From: Octopus sinensis
Taxonomy: Eukaryota
NCBI RefSeq assembly: GCF_006345805.1
Contig: NC_043005.1
Coordinates: 62,992,001 to 63,056,000, forward strand
Direction: 5' to 3'
Length of the DNA: 64,000 bases
A program made the position numbers and the translations under genes. Within the stretch, counting starts at the first letter, position 1. Each line of letters starts with the position of its first letter. Shown here one piece after another: positions 50,591 to 63,816 of this stretch. Under the pieces are notes generated by a model. That model was not told where the DNA came from, made no database searches, and was given only the letters and a program-made list of their open reading frames with translations.

Positions 50591-52524
50591 ATTGGGTTAT
50601 TTCTGTACTTTAGTTACAGCGTCTTTTACAAGCGTCTACATGAATGATAGAAAAGCATGTGCGCTACTAGTATTTACCTAGCAAAAAGGAAGACTTTCAT
50701 TGATGCATGTAACAAGAGGCAATAACTTGTGTACAGAAAGCAAAACTGAAGCAGCATGTACTTTTCAGAAGGAAGTCCTTCCTGAATCATGAGTATCCAT
50801 AAGGTTGGAGATTACCTCCAGTCTTCAGTAGCATTAAGCAAATGAGAAATAAAGATTCTCCTACATGGGATGCCAATCTATTTCAGGTTGCTTTTCCATT
50901 GAAGGAATAGAAGACTACAACTGAATGAATTACTATAAAATTGTATAGTGCAGCCACTGCCTACTACAGTGAATTGAACCACATGATGTACCTACTTTAG
51001 GCAGGGTGGACTCAGACTTGGAGAGCTAAGCATTTTGATCATGTGTACAATGAAATGCCAGTCATATAATATGAACTGTCAACCTCCCAGCTGGTTGACC
51101 ACTACTTTAATTCAGCCATCCATGCTCTGGTTTACAAAAACGCTATGAGTTATTTCTTGATTCAGTTTCTATACTCTGGATTGTAACATGTAACAGAAAA
51201 CTATTAAAAGAAAATCTTTCCTCAGGACATTTTAAGAATATTTATATCTATTTTCTGTATGTTTTAATAAATAGTGAATATAACATTTAGTTCAGATAAG
51301 TTACATAATATTTGAGAAATTATTAAATGAATCAATTATAATACAATTAATTGAATAATTTAAAAGCACAAAGAATTTTTTTCTGATATAACGAATAAGA
51401 GTAAGCAGAGAAAAAAATAACATTTAAAATACCATAAATGAAAATCTCTGATTCTGTACAGAAGAAATAATCTTACATTTCATTTTATTTAGATATTTTA
51501 TTAATTGTATCCCCTTATCAAAAGAAGTGAAACACATGTTTTGACACATAGATAATTAATAAACATTGCATCTGGGTTCATTGAATAAAAGTAAGCTATC
51601 ATACACATAATACTGGAATCCCTACAAAATCTTTTCTTAGATTACATAAAATATAATCTTTGCTAACGTTAAAATTATGAAATGCAGCAAAGATTACTTT
51701 TCTGCTGATGTATGTTGAATAAAAATATTGGTAGTTCTCATTTATGGCATTTAGGAACTTAATTAAGAGTACATTCTGATGGGATAGATTGAAATTATAG
51801 AAAACGCACCTAATATTATTTCAGACATAAGTCACTGGAGATATTTGAAGACAGTAAGAAAAGAAAATGCAGACAGCTATAAAGATTTATGGTAAATATC
51901 CAAGGAGAGAAAGGGAGTATGTAAGGAGAGCAGTCAAGGAAAGGAACTGCTAAGAAAATAACAACATAAATCATATTTCAAAAAATGGTAAAACAAATGA
52001 CACTTACTATAATTTTTAGAGACTCTAACCAGATTTGAATGTATATGTAAGAGCCCAGATCCAAATCAAAAAGAATGTATTTGGTAGAGCGTATGTCATA
52101 TCATAGCTCCAGTTAGAATTGTCAACTTAAAAGAGAGTTAGCTATAACATACCATGAACAAATGAATGAGAGGAATATACCATTATGAGATGAAATAAAG
52201 GGGAGGTTAGGCAACATAGTGAAGTTGAATGTAGGAGCTTCAACTATAAGTAGTAGAGATTATGCATTTACCATTTCTTCTTGGGAGTAGTAACTAAATA
52301 ATTAGAAATCACTGCCCGCATGACGATAGATGTCAACCAGATTTTAGTCTTAATTTAGAAGTAATGGAATTGTAAATTTTCATAGAAATATAGAAGATGA
52401 AAAACAAATTGCAAAACAAAACAAAATGATTACGGTAAAAGCGGTAGGTTGGAGAATTTTAAAAACAAGTGGTTAATCACACAAAGCATGGAACTGAAAC
52501 TCACCATAACATTATTCCATTCTT

Positions 52525-52848
52525 GCAGACACTACTGCTGTGGCTGCTGCTGCTGCGATCATAGACTGTTGCAATGCTGTTTCTATTGATCTACTTCTCA
52601 CCATGATCATTCCACAGCTTCTACACTGCTGATGAGGTTCTATCTTTTTTAGCCTACCGGCTCTTGGAGCAGCAGCAGCAGTAGCAGTTGCAATAGTGGT
52701 AGCAGCAACAGTAGCAGTCATAAGAAGAGCAACAGCAGCAGAAGCAATACTAAGCATGATAACAGCAGTTCTAGCAGCAGTTACTGCAACAAAAGCATTG
52801 AAGTAAAAGCCAAGCAACTTGTCAAAATACAAAATAATAATAATAATA

Positions 52849-52892
<44 letters not shown>
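52525..52892. repeat. degenerate (CTG)n/(CAG)n tract followed by (AAT)n
   Basis: gctgctgctgc at about 52545, gcagcagcagcag from about 52669, (AAT)n about 52833-52890. Confidence 0.8.
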
Positions 52893-52893
<1 letters not shown>

Positions 52894-53485
52894 TAAAAGA
52901 ACAAAAACCATCAGAATTGCAGCTGAAAATAATGAGAATTTATAATATCAGTTAGAAGGCTGTGGTAATGATCTGTATTTTCTTTGCTATACTATTGATA
53001 TCAATACAATTCTTCAGCTTCCATCCGAACCCTTATACCCATTAATTATTCTACACCTTTTTCTAATTAGCACTGTCATCTCCTTCTCGTCCATCATTCA
53101 TTCATATTTCTTCTCTCTTTTCCTATTTTCACTTGGCTGGTTCTTTCTATTCTTTTTGCTTTCTTTCTCTTTCATTTAACCATAGTAGTGCTATTACAAA
53201 CATTTTTCCAACACTTCTAGTTGTTTCCCTTTGATGATGGAACAGTTCCAAACTTGTACATTGCTGCAAAATGCAGTTTTATCCAACCAAATTTAAGCAG
53301 TATATTCTCTTATATCAATTGTATTCCACTCTCAGACTTCTTTCATAGGACATGAGAACAGTTTCTCCCTTCATTAAACGATGTAAAAAATATTTTTTTA
53401 TATTAAAATCATTAAATATTTCAAAAATGTCTTTTTAAATATATTTTCTTTGCATCTAATACTATGATTGTTTCCTTTCTCTCAC

Positions 53486-53526
<41 letters not shown>

Positions 53527-53638
53527 TTCTCTCTTTTACTCACACACACATGCACACAACACAAACAAAACACACACACATAACACACATACACACAACA
53601 TACACAAACATACAGACAACACACACACAACACACATG

Positions 53639-53677
<39 letters not shown>

Positions 53678-53924
53678 GTATGAATAAACTCCATAATAAC
53701 ATAGTATCTAAAATATTAATTCTTTAGAGATGTCTGTCATCTAAAAGCTGGATCAGAAATAAAGAATTTAGCACAATGCAATACTTACTCAGCAAGGGCT
53801 ACATAAGTTGTAAAACACTACAAAAACCAATCTATTAGTGTATTTTATGTACCTAGGTAACCAAGGACTACAGAGTGAGTAAGTGAATGAGAGAAAAAAA
53901 ACTATGAAAGTTGAGATCAAACTG

Positions 53925-54210
53925 TTGTTATTTGTTGTTGGGGGCCGGTTTCCCAGTTTCCTTGACGTATAGGTTCCCCACCTGGACGGGACACCGGTCT
54001 GGTGCAGGTGAGCTGCTAGATACAGGAGGAAGGAGTGAGAGAAAGTTGTGGCGAAAGAGTCAGCAGAAGTTCACCATTACCTTCTGCCAGAGCCGTGTGG
54101 AGCTTAGGTGTTTCGCTCATAAACACACACATCGCCCGGTCTGAGATTCGAACCCGAGATCCCTCGATTGCGAATCCACTGCTCTAACCACTAGGCCATG
54201 TGCCTCCACT
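53925..54210 (-). mobile_element. family-D SINE with V-domain-like tail, about 11-bp TSD
   Basis: Same structure as 20259; agatcaaa(c/t)tg at 53914-53924 and 54212-54222. Confidence 0.88.
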
Positions 54211-54254
54211 AAGATCAAATTGCAGTAAGCATGGGGCTAACTTTGTTCTCATTG

Positions 54255-54715
54255 TCATCATTATCATCACTTAATGTTTGTGTACTCTGCCAGCATAGGT
54301 TGGATAGTTTGACAGGATCTTCTGGGAACAAGAATTGCCATCTTCAATTGTGCATATACATCCCCCCCACTTCCCGAACTTAGTATTGATGAGATTGGTA
54401 GGTCTTCTTAACAAGTGCATTATACTAATCATCCCACTCCCTTGTCATCTCCTCTGTAAGGTCCAATGCTCTGACCTCAGCCTTTACCACTTACTTTCTG
54501 AATCACTTGAATCTACAAGCTCCATTCACATTATGTGATTGGCCCTCTTTTAAACAGCTGTATACCTGACTCCTCTTATAACCAGTTTCTCCCTCAGCAC
54601 CATTAAACTACCTCATTCATACATACTTACAATGCATATTGAACAGAGCATACTTCATTTATTTCCAGTCTTCTCTAGTTCTTTGCATTCAAGGTATGTG
54701 TCTCACTACCATGAA
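54255..54715 (-). mobile_element. decayed RTE LINE 3' end
   Basis: HGSETHTLNAKN*RRLEINE... and KAEVRALDLTEEMT, colinear with the intact end at 16783-17198; residual (GAT)n tail. Confidence 0.65.
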
Positions 54716-54807
54716 TGTAAGAAGTATTTAATGAGAAGATAACGTATCTACTGCCATCCAATATTTTCTGAAATTTAATTACAATGCATCATTTTAAATA
54801 TTTACTT

Positions 54808-54809
54808 CA

Positions 54810-54842
<33 letters not shown>

Positions 54843-54925
54843 GTTTAGCATCCGTTTAGCCCAGTCAGATCTGGCAGTGTTTCTACGGCTGGATGCCCTT
54901 CCTAACGCCAACCACTCCGCGAGTA
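54808..54925 (-). mobile_element. short RTE-tail insertion with internal deletion
   Basis: (CAT)n then gtttagcatccgttt | agcccagtcagatctggcagtgtttctacggctggatgcccttcctaacgccaaccactccg. Confidence 0.85.
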
Positions 54926-55199
54926 TTCAGAGAGTTACTATGGCTTACATTTTTATTTAACATTCTCAGTCTTGTTTTATTTTATCCCAAGTAAAATATG
55001 TTGTAAACTGGACAGAATAAATGAATAAGCATATATAGAGAAGGAGTCAATAAAAAACATGCTTCAGAATCTATAATTTTGATCGCAAACATATATACAA
55101 AACAATTAGACTAATAAAATGATATTCACTCATCATAAGCATCTTTCTACTGCTATTCATTACAAATGGAAACAAACAATCAAAGTCAACCAAATTTAC

Positions 55200-55760
55200 A
55201 ACTGGAAATGAACATGCAGATGAGAGTCAGCAGAATAGCTGACAATCAACAGCACAATCACCAATTAATATCCTGTTATCTTTGACAGTTGCTGTGTGTA
55301 TCTCCAGTCAGACACCTCACTTTTAATGTCCAGGTTTGCTTAGCTGTGCATATACTGTTAGAAATAAAAGTGCAATTTGCATGAATAAAAAACTTTGTTA
55401 GTGCAGATTAACACCCAGTATGGGATGGACCCACAATTATAAGTACTGTGGTTACTATAACACGTTAATATCAACAGTGACAGCACCTTAGAATTAATGA
55501 GAGATTCATATTTCTTGGTATTGAATTCAACTACTTTTATGGAAAATGTTAACTTTGGAAAAGTAAACTTTATGATGTAGGTGCGAGAAGTGTGCTGCAG
55601 TTTACTAGTAAGATATAAACATTGAATTAAGATTATATGTATATCTTGAAAAGATATGGAGCTTGTAAAGCAGTGCATAGGAGTGCTGAGGGAGTTACTG
55701 TGAATTAAGAATTGATTGCATGAGTGAAACAACTGCACTGGCTTCAGAATAACATCTTTT
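55200..55760 (-). mobile_element. decayed RTE/RTEX RT and C-terminal remnant
   Basis: FLIHSNSLSTPMHCF..., KVVEF, QTWTLKVRCLTGDTHSNCQR*QDINW follow the RT-to-C-terminal motif order. Confidence 0.4.
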
Positions 55761-57479
55761 CTCAGAGAGGAGGAGATGTCATATCAGTTTAACTCAGTTA
55801 ACACTTATAAGGCATTAAGAGTGTTTCTACACAGTTATTGAATCTGCTGAAATTAGCAACTAAATTGCTTTCAAATCTCACAGTACTTCTTATAAAAGGA
55901 ATGAGCTAGTGGATAATATAATCCTAAATAAGCTAATCAAGTAGACTTGTCAAAAGTCTACTTGATTAGGGCTAACCTGTAGCTAAGCTACTTTCACGGA
56001 ATTTGGGGAAAATGATAATTGCATGGTTCTTTGTGATTCAAAACATCATTATAATCAGTATTTAATGTTCACTTCTCACATTTTGCTTAACTGTTTTTCA
56101 TGCAAGTTAACATTGCAGATCAAATGGGTCATGCTCACTTCCTTTTGTTTTGATATCTGTACTTCATCCTAATTCAATGTTCCTGTATCACTAGTAACAC
56201 TTCTAATACAGTCTGCATTTTTTCCAAAGAGAAACAGTTTGTTGCCAGTATAGTCAATAGCTCCTTGAAAGTTGTTTCACTCTAATTTCTTTAGTAAACA
56301 TAAACTATCAACTATGGCTAATGAGCTTTCTGAATAGATCAAAAACTCCATTTCATGTTTGTCCTGGAACACAAGCATTCCAATTCCACTACTGTACACA
56401 CAATAAATTTCCAAAAACAATTCTTCTTACATATCAAGTACAGCCATGTTCCAGACAGCATAGAGATTTTGAACTCTCTGTAATTCCCATTTTCCTTGTT
56501 GCTATGTTACTTTTGGCCTTTGGACACTAAACCATTCTTTTGAGTGTGGAAATTTTTAGGCAATTCTTCATCACACTCAGATAAAAAAACAAGGCTTGGG
56601 AACTTTATATGGTGATGGTTCATTCTCTTATAGCATCAAGAACAATACTAATAAGATAGAGTTAGCACAGAGCTCTATTGAATACTTACTTTTACATGAA
56701 ATAAATTCATCACTGAACTTGCTTCTAACTCTAAAATTGCTTTCAGCAGTATACATAGCTTGCATGACTCACACAAACATTTCTTTAACCCATAATTCCT
56801 TTAGCTCTCAAGCTAAAAAACCTTTTCTGTATCATCAAACGAAGAATAGAGGAATTTGTTCACAGAAGAGAATTTTTAAAAGTTAATTGTATCACAATAT
56901 AACATCCATGTTTACATATCACTTTCAAAATTAGCCAATTTTAGGCCTCTGTCTGTCTGTCTCTCTTTCTCTCTCTCTCTCTCCAGAATATACCTTCATT
57001 GCTAAGTAGAAATAAAAACCTCAAAAGAAAGAAAATCCAGATGGCCTCTGTTGCTTGAGGTTGACCATGCATCTGGATGTATGTGGACTTGAGCAAGATT
57101 TTACTTTTGAGGAAGACTATTAAGTTGCCCACACATGCGCCTCTCTAACCCTCCAAGTTTTATCCAGAGGAAAGTTTGCTTATTTAGGACAATGTAACTT
57201 GGCAGAAGTGTCATTGCAGGTGTTACTGTTGGAATGCAAAGAACCAGAATAGATTTCTTAAATACCTGTCCTACTCTCCAACAGTTCCACCAATCCAATA
57301 CCCTAAATATAGGAAATTAAAAGTTAAATAGGTCATAGTTAAGTTTTAATCAGTCTTAATTAGTGTGTGTAATGAAGAATATCCTTTCACACAATACCAA
57401 GCATACAGAATTTAAAATCATATTCTGTTATAGATATGAAAAAGATTGATATTTAGATACCTGTCTGTACTCTAAAAAA

Positions 57480-57665
57480 GACAAAAAAAAAAATACATAG
57501 AACAAACTATAATCTTTTTTGCTTCTATCTTGTGAAGACGTCTCCCCAGAGAGTATGAAGTTACAAAAGATGCATCTGAATACACTGCTACACAATGACC
57601 TGCATACAACCGAGTTCTTATTTCCTTTTCTTTCTTGGCATCAGTCAAAATCTGATCAATCAAAT
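57480..57665 (-). mobile_element. decayed RTE/RTEX C-terminal remnant
   Basis: IRTRLYAGHC resembles RRLRFAGHC. Confidence 0.35.
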
Positions 57666-58095
57666 GTTAGCAATGATTAAAAATATCATCAAAGCAATAT
57701 TGGTTTCTTATATTTTCAAAAGATTTTTTTTTTTTACTATAATCAATTGAATCAGCTATGAAACTTGCCTGATACTTATTAGCCATACATCTATGGAAGA
57801 AGAGGTGGCTCTAAAGAGGTTTGAACTCAGAAAATTTGATAAACTAAATACTGCATTTCTATCTTCTCTACCACCTTGTACACAAAATATTTATCAGAAA
57901 CATTACTTTCAATTGGGTCTAGAAGCCTTGTGTTGCCAGTAAGAGGGACATTAGATTTGGCTGTGCCACTTTTAGTTTGTTGTCTTGGAGCCAAGTTTCT
58001 GAGTGATTAACATAAGGTTGGAGTAACCATGAAGCTGTAGCTGCACAATACTTGGGATAGTGTGGGTACCATGTATTTTGTAGAAGTTTTGCAAA

Positions 58096-58325
58096 TCATC
58101 ATCATCATCGTCGTTTAACGTCTGCTTTCCATGCTAGCATGGGTTGGACGGTTCAACTGGGGTCTGGGAAGCCAGAAGGTCACACCAGGCCCAGTCTGAT
58201 CTGGCAGTGTTTCTACAGCTGGATGCCCTTCCTAATGCCAACTACTCCGTGAGTGTAGTGGGTGCTTTTTACGTGCCACATGAGGCTGGCAAACAGCCAC
58301 GATCGGATGGTGCTTTTTATGTGCT
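58096..58325 (-). mobile_element. RTE-tail retroposon
   Basis: (CAT)n cgtttaacgtctgctttccatgctagcatgggttggacgg...ttttacgtgcca; near-identical to 16190-16440. Confidence 0.9.
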
Positions 58326-60699
58326 ATTGTTCAATTGCATTTCTCTGGTTTTTGGTAAGTACATGCTAAAGGTTTTTAGATGTTGTTTTGTGCAAAAACC
58401 ACATCAGTTATGTTCTGATGATGACCACATAGTGAAAAAAGTACTTTCCTTTGATAAACATTTATCATTTCAACTATTTATTCAAGATATAACAATTCTG
58501 TTTGCTTTGCTGTTGTACTATATTCAGGATTACTTTATCCAATATACTTCTCCACTTTTTTTAAAGAAAGTAGACTATTATTTGGGATGAAATTTGGCTG
58601 TATTTTCATTGGCTCAACAATTTCTGGTGATTTCCTATGGCAAACTAATATATACAACGTTATTTAAAATGAATTAGTTTTCTCTTTCAGTTCAGATCAG
58701 TAGATGACAAAAATCAAGTATAACCTACTTTAAACAACTGCTTACACGATTAGAATGGCATGGCTGCTAGACGTGCAAACATCTTAGAGTGCATCAGTAA
58801 AAAGACCATGTAGTGAACTGGCAAAGACTCATTTACTAGCATAATATACTGAGCTGCAGTCTCCTCTAATTCTTTTTCTACTACTACTACTACTATTACT
58901 GGCTTCTATGTTTTGAGCTTCTCACCTCAACCCAAGCCCATCTCTGATGCACTTGTATGTTCTTTTGCCCATTTAGTTTATCCTGCAAGAACCCTGCATT
59001 AAACATTTGATCAACCCTTTTATTCCATAGCTGCAGTCTTCCGGAACTCTTTCTCTGCTCATGTTATTAATTAGCTCTACATCAGCCTTGATCAAATAAA
59101 TCTATGAACACAGGCATTCCAAAGTTGACTACCCTGTCTTTCATTTCTCAGACAGAGTCTCTTGAATTACACTATCAAATGTACCATCTTTTTTTTTAAG
59201 CAATAAAGTATGATTTGATGGAGATTTATCCACAGTTTCTTACAGGTCAAGTGACGTTCTCAATGGCTCAGGCATCAACTTCTAAATTCAGGCATCAATT
59301 TCTAAGAGTATATAAGGTCAACAATTGACCTTATCTATCCCAGATCACCTGAAAAATCAGTATTTCATTCACCTCCATTAAAAATATTATAATAAACCTT
59401 AGAAACATAAATAAATTCTTACATATACAGAATGGTAATCACAGCCAAAATATATTAGAATTAAAAGGTAGAGTTAACTAAGTTGTAGAAAGCAAAATAA
59501 AAATGTATATTATGACAGTACTAAATCTAAATAGTATAAATATTATGGCTTTAAATCTCTTTGAATGAAATGGTTCCGATAAAATGCTAGAATAAGTATT
59601 AAAATGCAACACTATTCTTATATAGTGGCTATTTTAATGCTATAGCTATTCAACTTACATTTCATATATCTAGTTGAATGATGCAGACAAAGGCTGTCAT
59701 TCAACAACAGAATCAGTATATTGCATTGCATCATTGTATGAAATGTATTTTGTAGCATTATGACACAAAACACCAGATAATAGGTTATACAAAACTATTG
59801 ACAAGTAATTTGGTGACCTACAGTTCTGAGATTGAATCTTGTGATCATTGACTCATTTTATGTAGTAAGAGAAATGAAATTCTAATATCTGACTCTGAAA
59901 GTCCATAAGTTTCCTTTAAATATATATAAATGATGTTTCAGACACTAGAAGCTATCCAGCAAAGCTATCCAGCAACATACACCCTGTATAATATACAAAG
60001 ATTTTGTCTCTAAGTATAACCTATTATGTCACACAATGCATTGTACTATAAAACACGTTATCAAAGCCTGTTTTCCTAACAGATAAAGTGTATAATTCTA
60101 TAAAATGTCACTAAATCCATTGAACACAGATATACTACACAGTTTGTAACCAACTACATTATCCTCTCTTATCAAAAAGTGATGAGATTCTAAGAATAAA
60201 AATTGCAGTAATCTAATTGATGATCTCATTTCTCATATTCATGCATCCAAAATTCACTTTACAGGTAAACTAAATATACTACTATATATTGAAATTATAA
60301 ATGATACACTACATTCAATAAAATGTTCTTATTCTGTAACAAAAAAAAAACAACAAAATCATTCTTATGTTATAAACCAGCTTTTCATCAAGAAATTAGA
60401 TAAATTATTGCATAATTTTAATATAATATCATTATACCAAGCTAAAACAAATAATTTGTACCCATATGACACAGTCAGTTAACTCAATACTATTAAGAAA
60501 CTGTTTGCTTGGTCACTCACTGTTACATATCAGTTGTTTTAAACCCTTAGTATTGTTTAATGGTCTACTCATATCAAATATCTACATTCATTAGCCACCA
60601 GGAGTTATACAGCCAAGAAAATAAAAAAACAGGATAAGACATCTAAAACAAAAGTATTGATTATAGAGATATTGCCATTGAATCAACAACATTATACTT

Positions 60700-61500
60700 G
60701 TTCTTGTATTAATAAAATCATTTACCACAAGCAAACCCCATCAAGAAACTTACAAGGTCTCTTGGGAGTAATATTAGGTGCAGATTATTTAATTTCAGTT
60801 TTGTTTGTCAGTTAGCATCTGCTAATTGGTCTCAAGTCTATGCCGATATCTAGTAGTTAGCGGCCTCTGTCTGCTGCAGGCTATACCTGTTAATTGGTAC
60901 CAAGTGCTGCTAACAGTTTTGTCTGTAGCTCCTTGTCTATATCAGCTACAGGCAATTCCTGATAATTAATACCAAATGATAGATTTATTCCAAATAAGTA
61001 TGAAAAGAGATATTCAGTGCTACATTTCAGAAAACAGAGCAGAAAACTATGTTTTGATAAATTATAATAGAAAGCAAAGTTGGTTTGTACTGAAGAGAGA
61101 TAACAATTTCTTACATTGGCACAATGTAACATTTTCACTGGAGAAGGTGTAGCTAATTGGATGAAGCATATTACACACTTCAAACTTATTTCAACAAGCA
61201 TGGAAGAATGAAAGATAAAGTGAACCTCAAAACAAGCTTTGGACACAGAACACAGAAGAATGTAATTAAATATCCCAAGGCATTTAGTCTACTACTCTAT
61301 CATTTATGTGACTCCACTATTCTTTACAAACAATCATATTTTAACTTATTAGTCAATTACTTCCTTTGATTTCCCTCATATCAACTCAGCAACTTATACC
61401 TTATATTCAAATATATGCCGTAACTCACTACAACAGCCTTTATTTTCTTTCCAACTATGCTACCTTTAACTTTTTACATCTTTTGAATCGCTCTCATTTT
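60700..61500 (+). mobile_element. possible decayed Jockey/I/CR1-type RT remnant
   Basis: HWHNVTFSL resembles VWHNGL; cccaaggcatttagtctactactctatcatttatgtg resembles PQGS.LSPLLY.IYV across frameshifts. Confidence 0.3.
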
Positions 61501-63816
61501 CATAATTTTAAGAGCAGGTAGCACTTCTGGCTACTGAAACTGCTGCTTTGAATACAAGAAAATATTTTCTAAGACAACAAACATAAAATAACCACTTTGA
61601 TGATAACACAAATTTAGTGAGCAAAAGTGCAATAAGAGAAAGTGAGTAGTAGATTAAGATCAACTATTTATGTGGGACATCGCAAACATAAAAATTCAGA
61701 TATGCAGAAATATTGACATGAAGTGTATTCACTTCATTAGGAGTGAAGTCACATAAGGCAAGTGGTTAGTTGCTGGGCTCACAATCATAGGATCAGTGGT
61801 TTGACTTCTGACTTTTCTCATTACTCCAGTCTACTCAGATTATAAATGAAATACAATATGGAAATAAAAAGAAAGAGTTGCATTTAGAAAGTACAGGATG
61901 AACTTTAGTAATGTTCTGGGTTTTAAATACTGAAAAAGAAGATGTAATGACGAATTGAATATTTATAATAACATTAAGTAACTTTGATTTTGTATTTGGT
62001 TTGTAAGATTCTTGAAGTGAAATTGTGCATTGGAACAGATCTTGAGAGGGTCCTTATACGAAAAATAAACACATGCACTAGTTCTATTATACTTCTTTTA
62101 CTATTATTATTAGTCAAATAGCTAACCATTTAACCATTTGACTAATCAATTGTTAGATTAATTATTTGGTCTATCAACATTTAACTAGGTTTAACAGGGT
62201 CATTTGTTCGCCATTTGTGTTCTCATCAATGCCGTACAAAATGACCCTCCCAACATACAACAAAACACAGAGTTTGTAATTTATTGAGAATTTTATAAGC
62301 GGATGTGTGAGAAATAAAGAACAGTTGAGATTTATTTATATGCGCCTGATAACACGTATCCTCTGGCCACAATAAGGGAAATCTTATAGCCAGAAAGAAA
62401 ATATTTATATAGGCTTACTAAAAGATTCGAGAATATTCCTTGTGGCATTTAAGCATAAAAATTACTTTTTCTTCTCTATTAATGCCTATCAAAAGTGTCA
62501 GTAGGCATTTTGATAAAGTTCAGGGATAGATTACTGTTAGCTTTGGTTAAAATTGTCAAATATGGTAATGCTAATTGCAAGCAGATTTAACTTTAAATCT
62601 AGATGTAAGTTCGAATCTGAAGATATCTATGACAGGAAACCACTCCTCTTTTGTCATAAGTTGAACAAAATAAAGGAATGCCATGGAATATAATAATATA
62701 GTGAATGCCATGGAATATAACAATAAACAACCAATGCAAGTTAAATAAGCAAATACCAATTAGCAGAACAGAAAAATGAAATTGTTCAATTCAGTTCATA
62801 AATTGATGAAATTTTGGAAAATATTCTTGTATAGAAATAATCATTAAAAATTAGAAAATCAATAAGATGCATGTGTATATACAAAAATACTTACAATGTT
62901 ATATTATCAATCAAATTGTTCAGTTATGAATTGTTCAAATATTGAAAAGCTTCTTGAAATGAGATACATGTATGGATAAATATATGTTGCAAGTAAATTT
63001 CTTAACTGTGTGAGTGTGAAAATGCTTATGTGACAGCACTGGTGATGTAGCTGGAGAAAGTGTTTTGCATATGACAAATAGTCTGCTATGAAGAAAAACT
63101 GAGAAGTAGCAATCTGTTGTGGTTGGAAGGTTTAAACACATGGAAAAAGAGTCAGAATGTGGCTACATACCTGTTGTATGTGAGACAAAGGTAACAATCG
63201 TGGTAGTGAACAATCTGACATGGTATACTCAGTTGAGTTACACATGACACCTTTTACTGTAATTGTGGCCATACAAACCCTAGTAGAATTCAAGTGGAGT
63301 TACAAATGAAATTGCAAGCATGAACTAATTTTAGGTACTTTACATATCTCAACAGTTTTAAATGAGCAATAGTAGAAAACTGTTTTCCACAGTTCATTAT
63401 AAAAATGAAGACAACCTGCTTGGCAGAGATGACAATATGGAAACTCATGTTTGTTCAGTGTTCTCTTCTTTGTCAGTGATGAAGACAATATGATGGCTTG
63501 TGTCTATGTGCTGTGGTATATTTTGTAGTATGGAAAAGAGTGACTTCAGGTCAATTTCAGAGGTGTCTCTTGACAAACAGTTGATGCTTCAGATGGACAG
63601 TGATAGATAAATTTTGTGAAAAATAGCAGAATAATCTATTGCTTCAGATTTATTTTGCTTAACATGTGCCTCATCATGACACTAGCTTGATGAAAAGTTC
63701 TGTTTAAAGTAAATAGTCAGTTGTTGCAATTAGACAAAAAAAGAATGAATAATTATGAACTGTGATATGGATTATAATAGTAATGCACATCCATTCATAC
63801 GAGCAATGTTCATATA

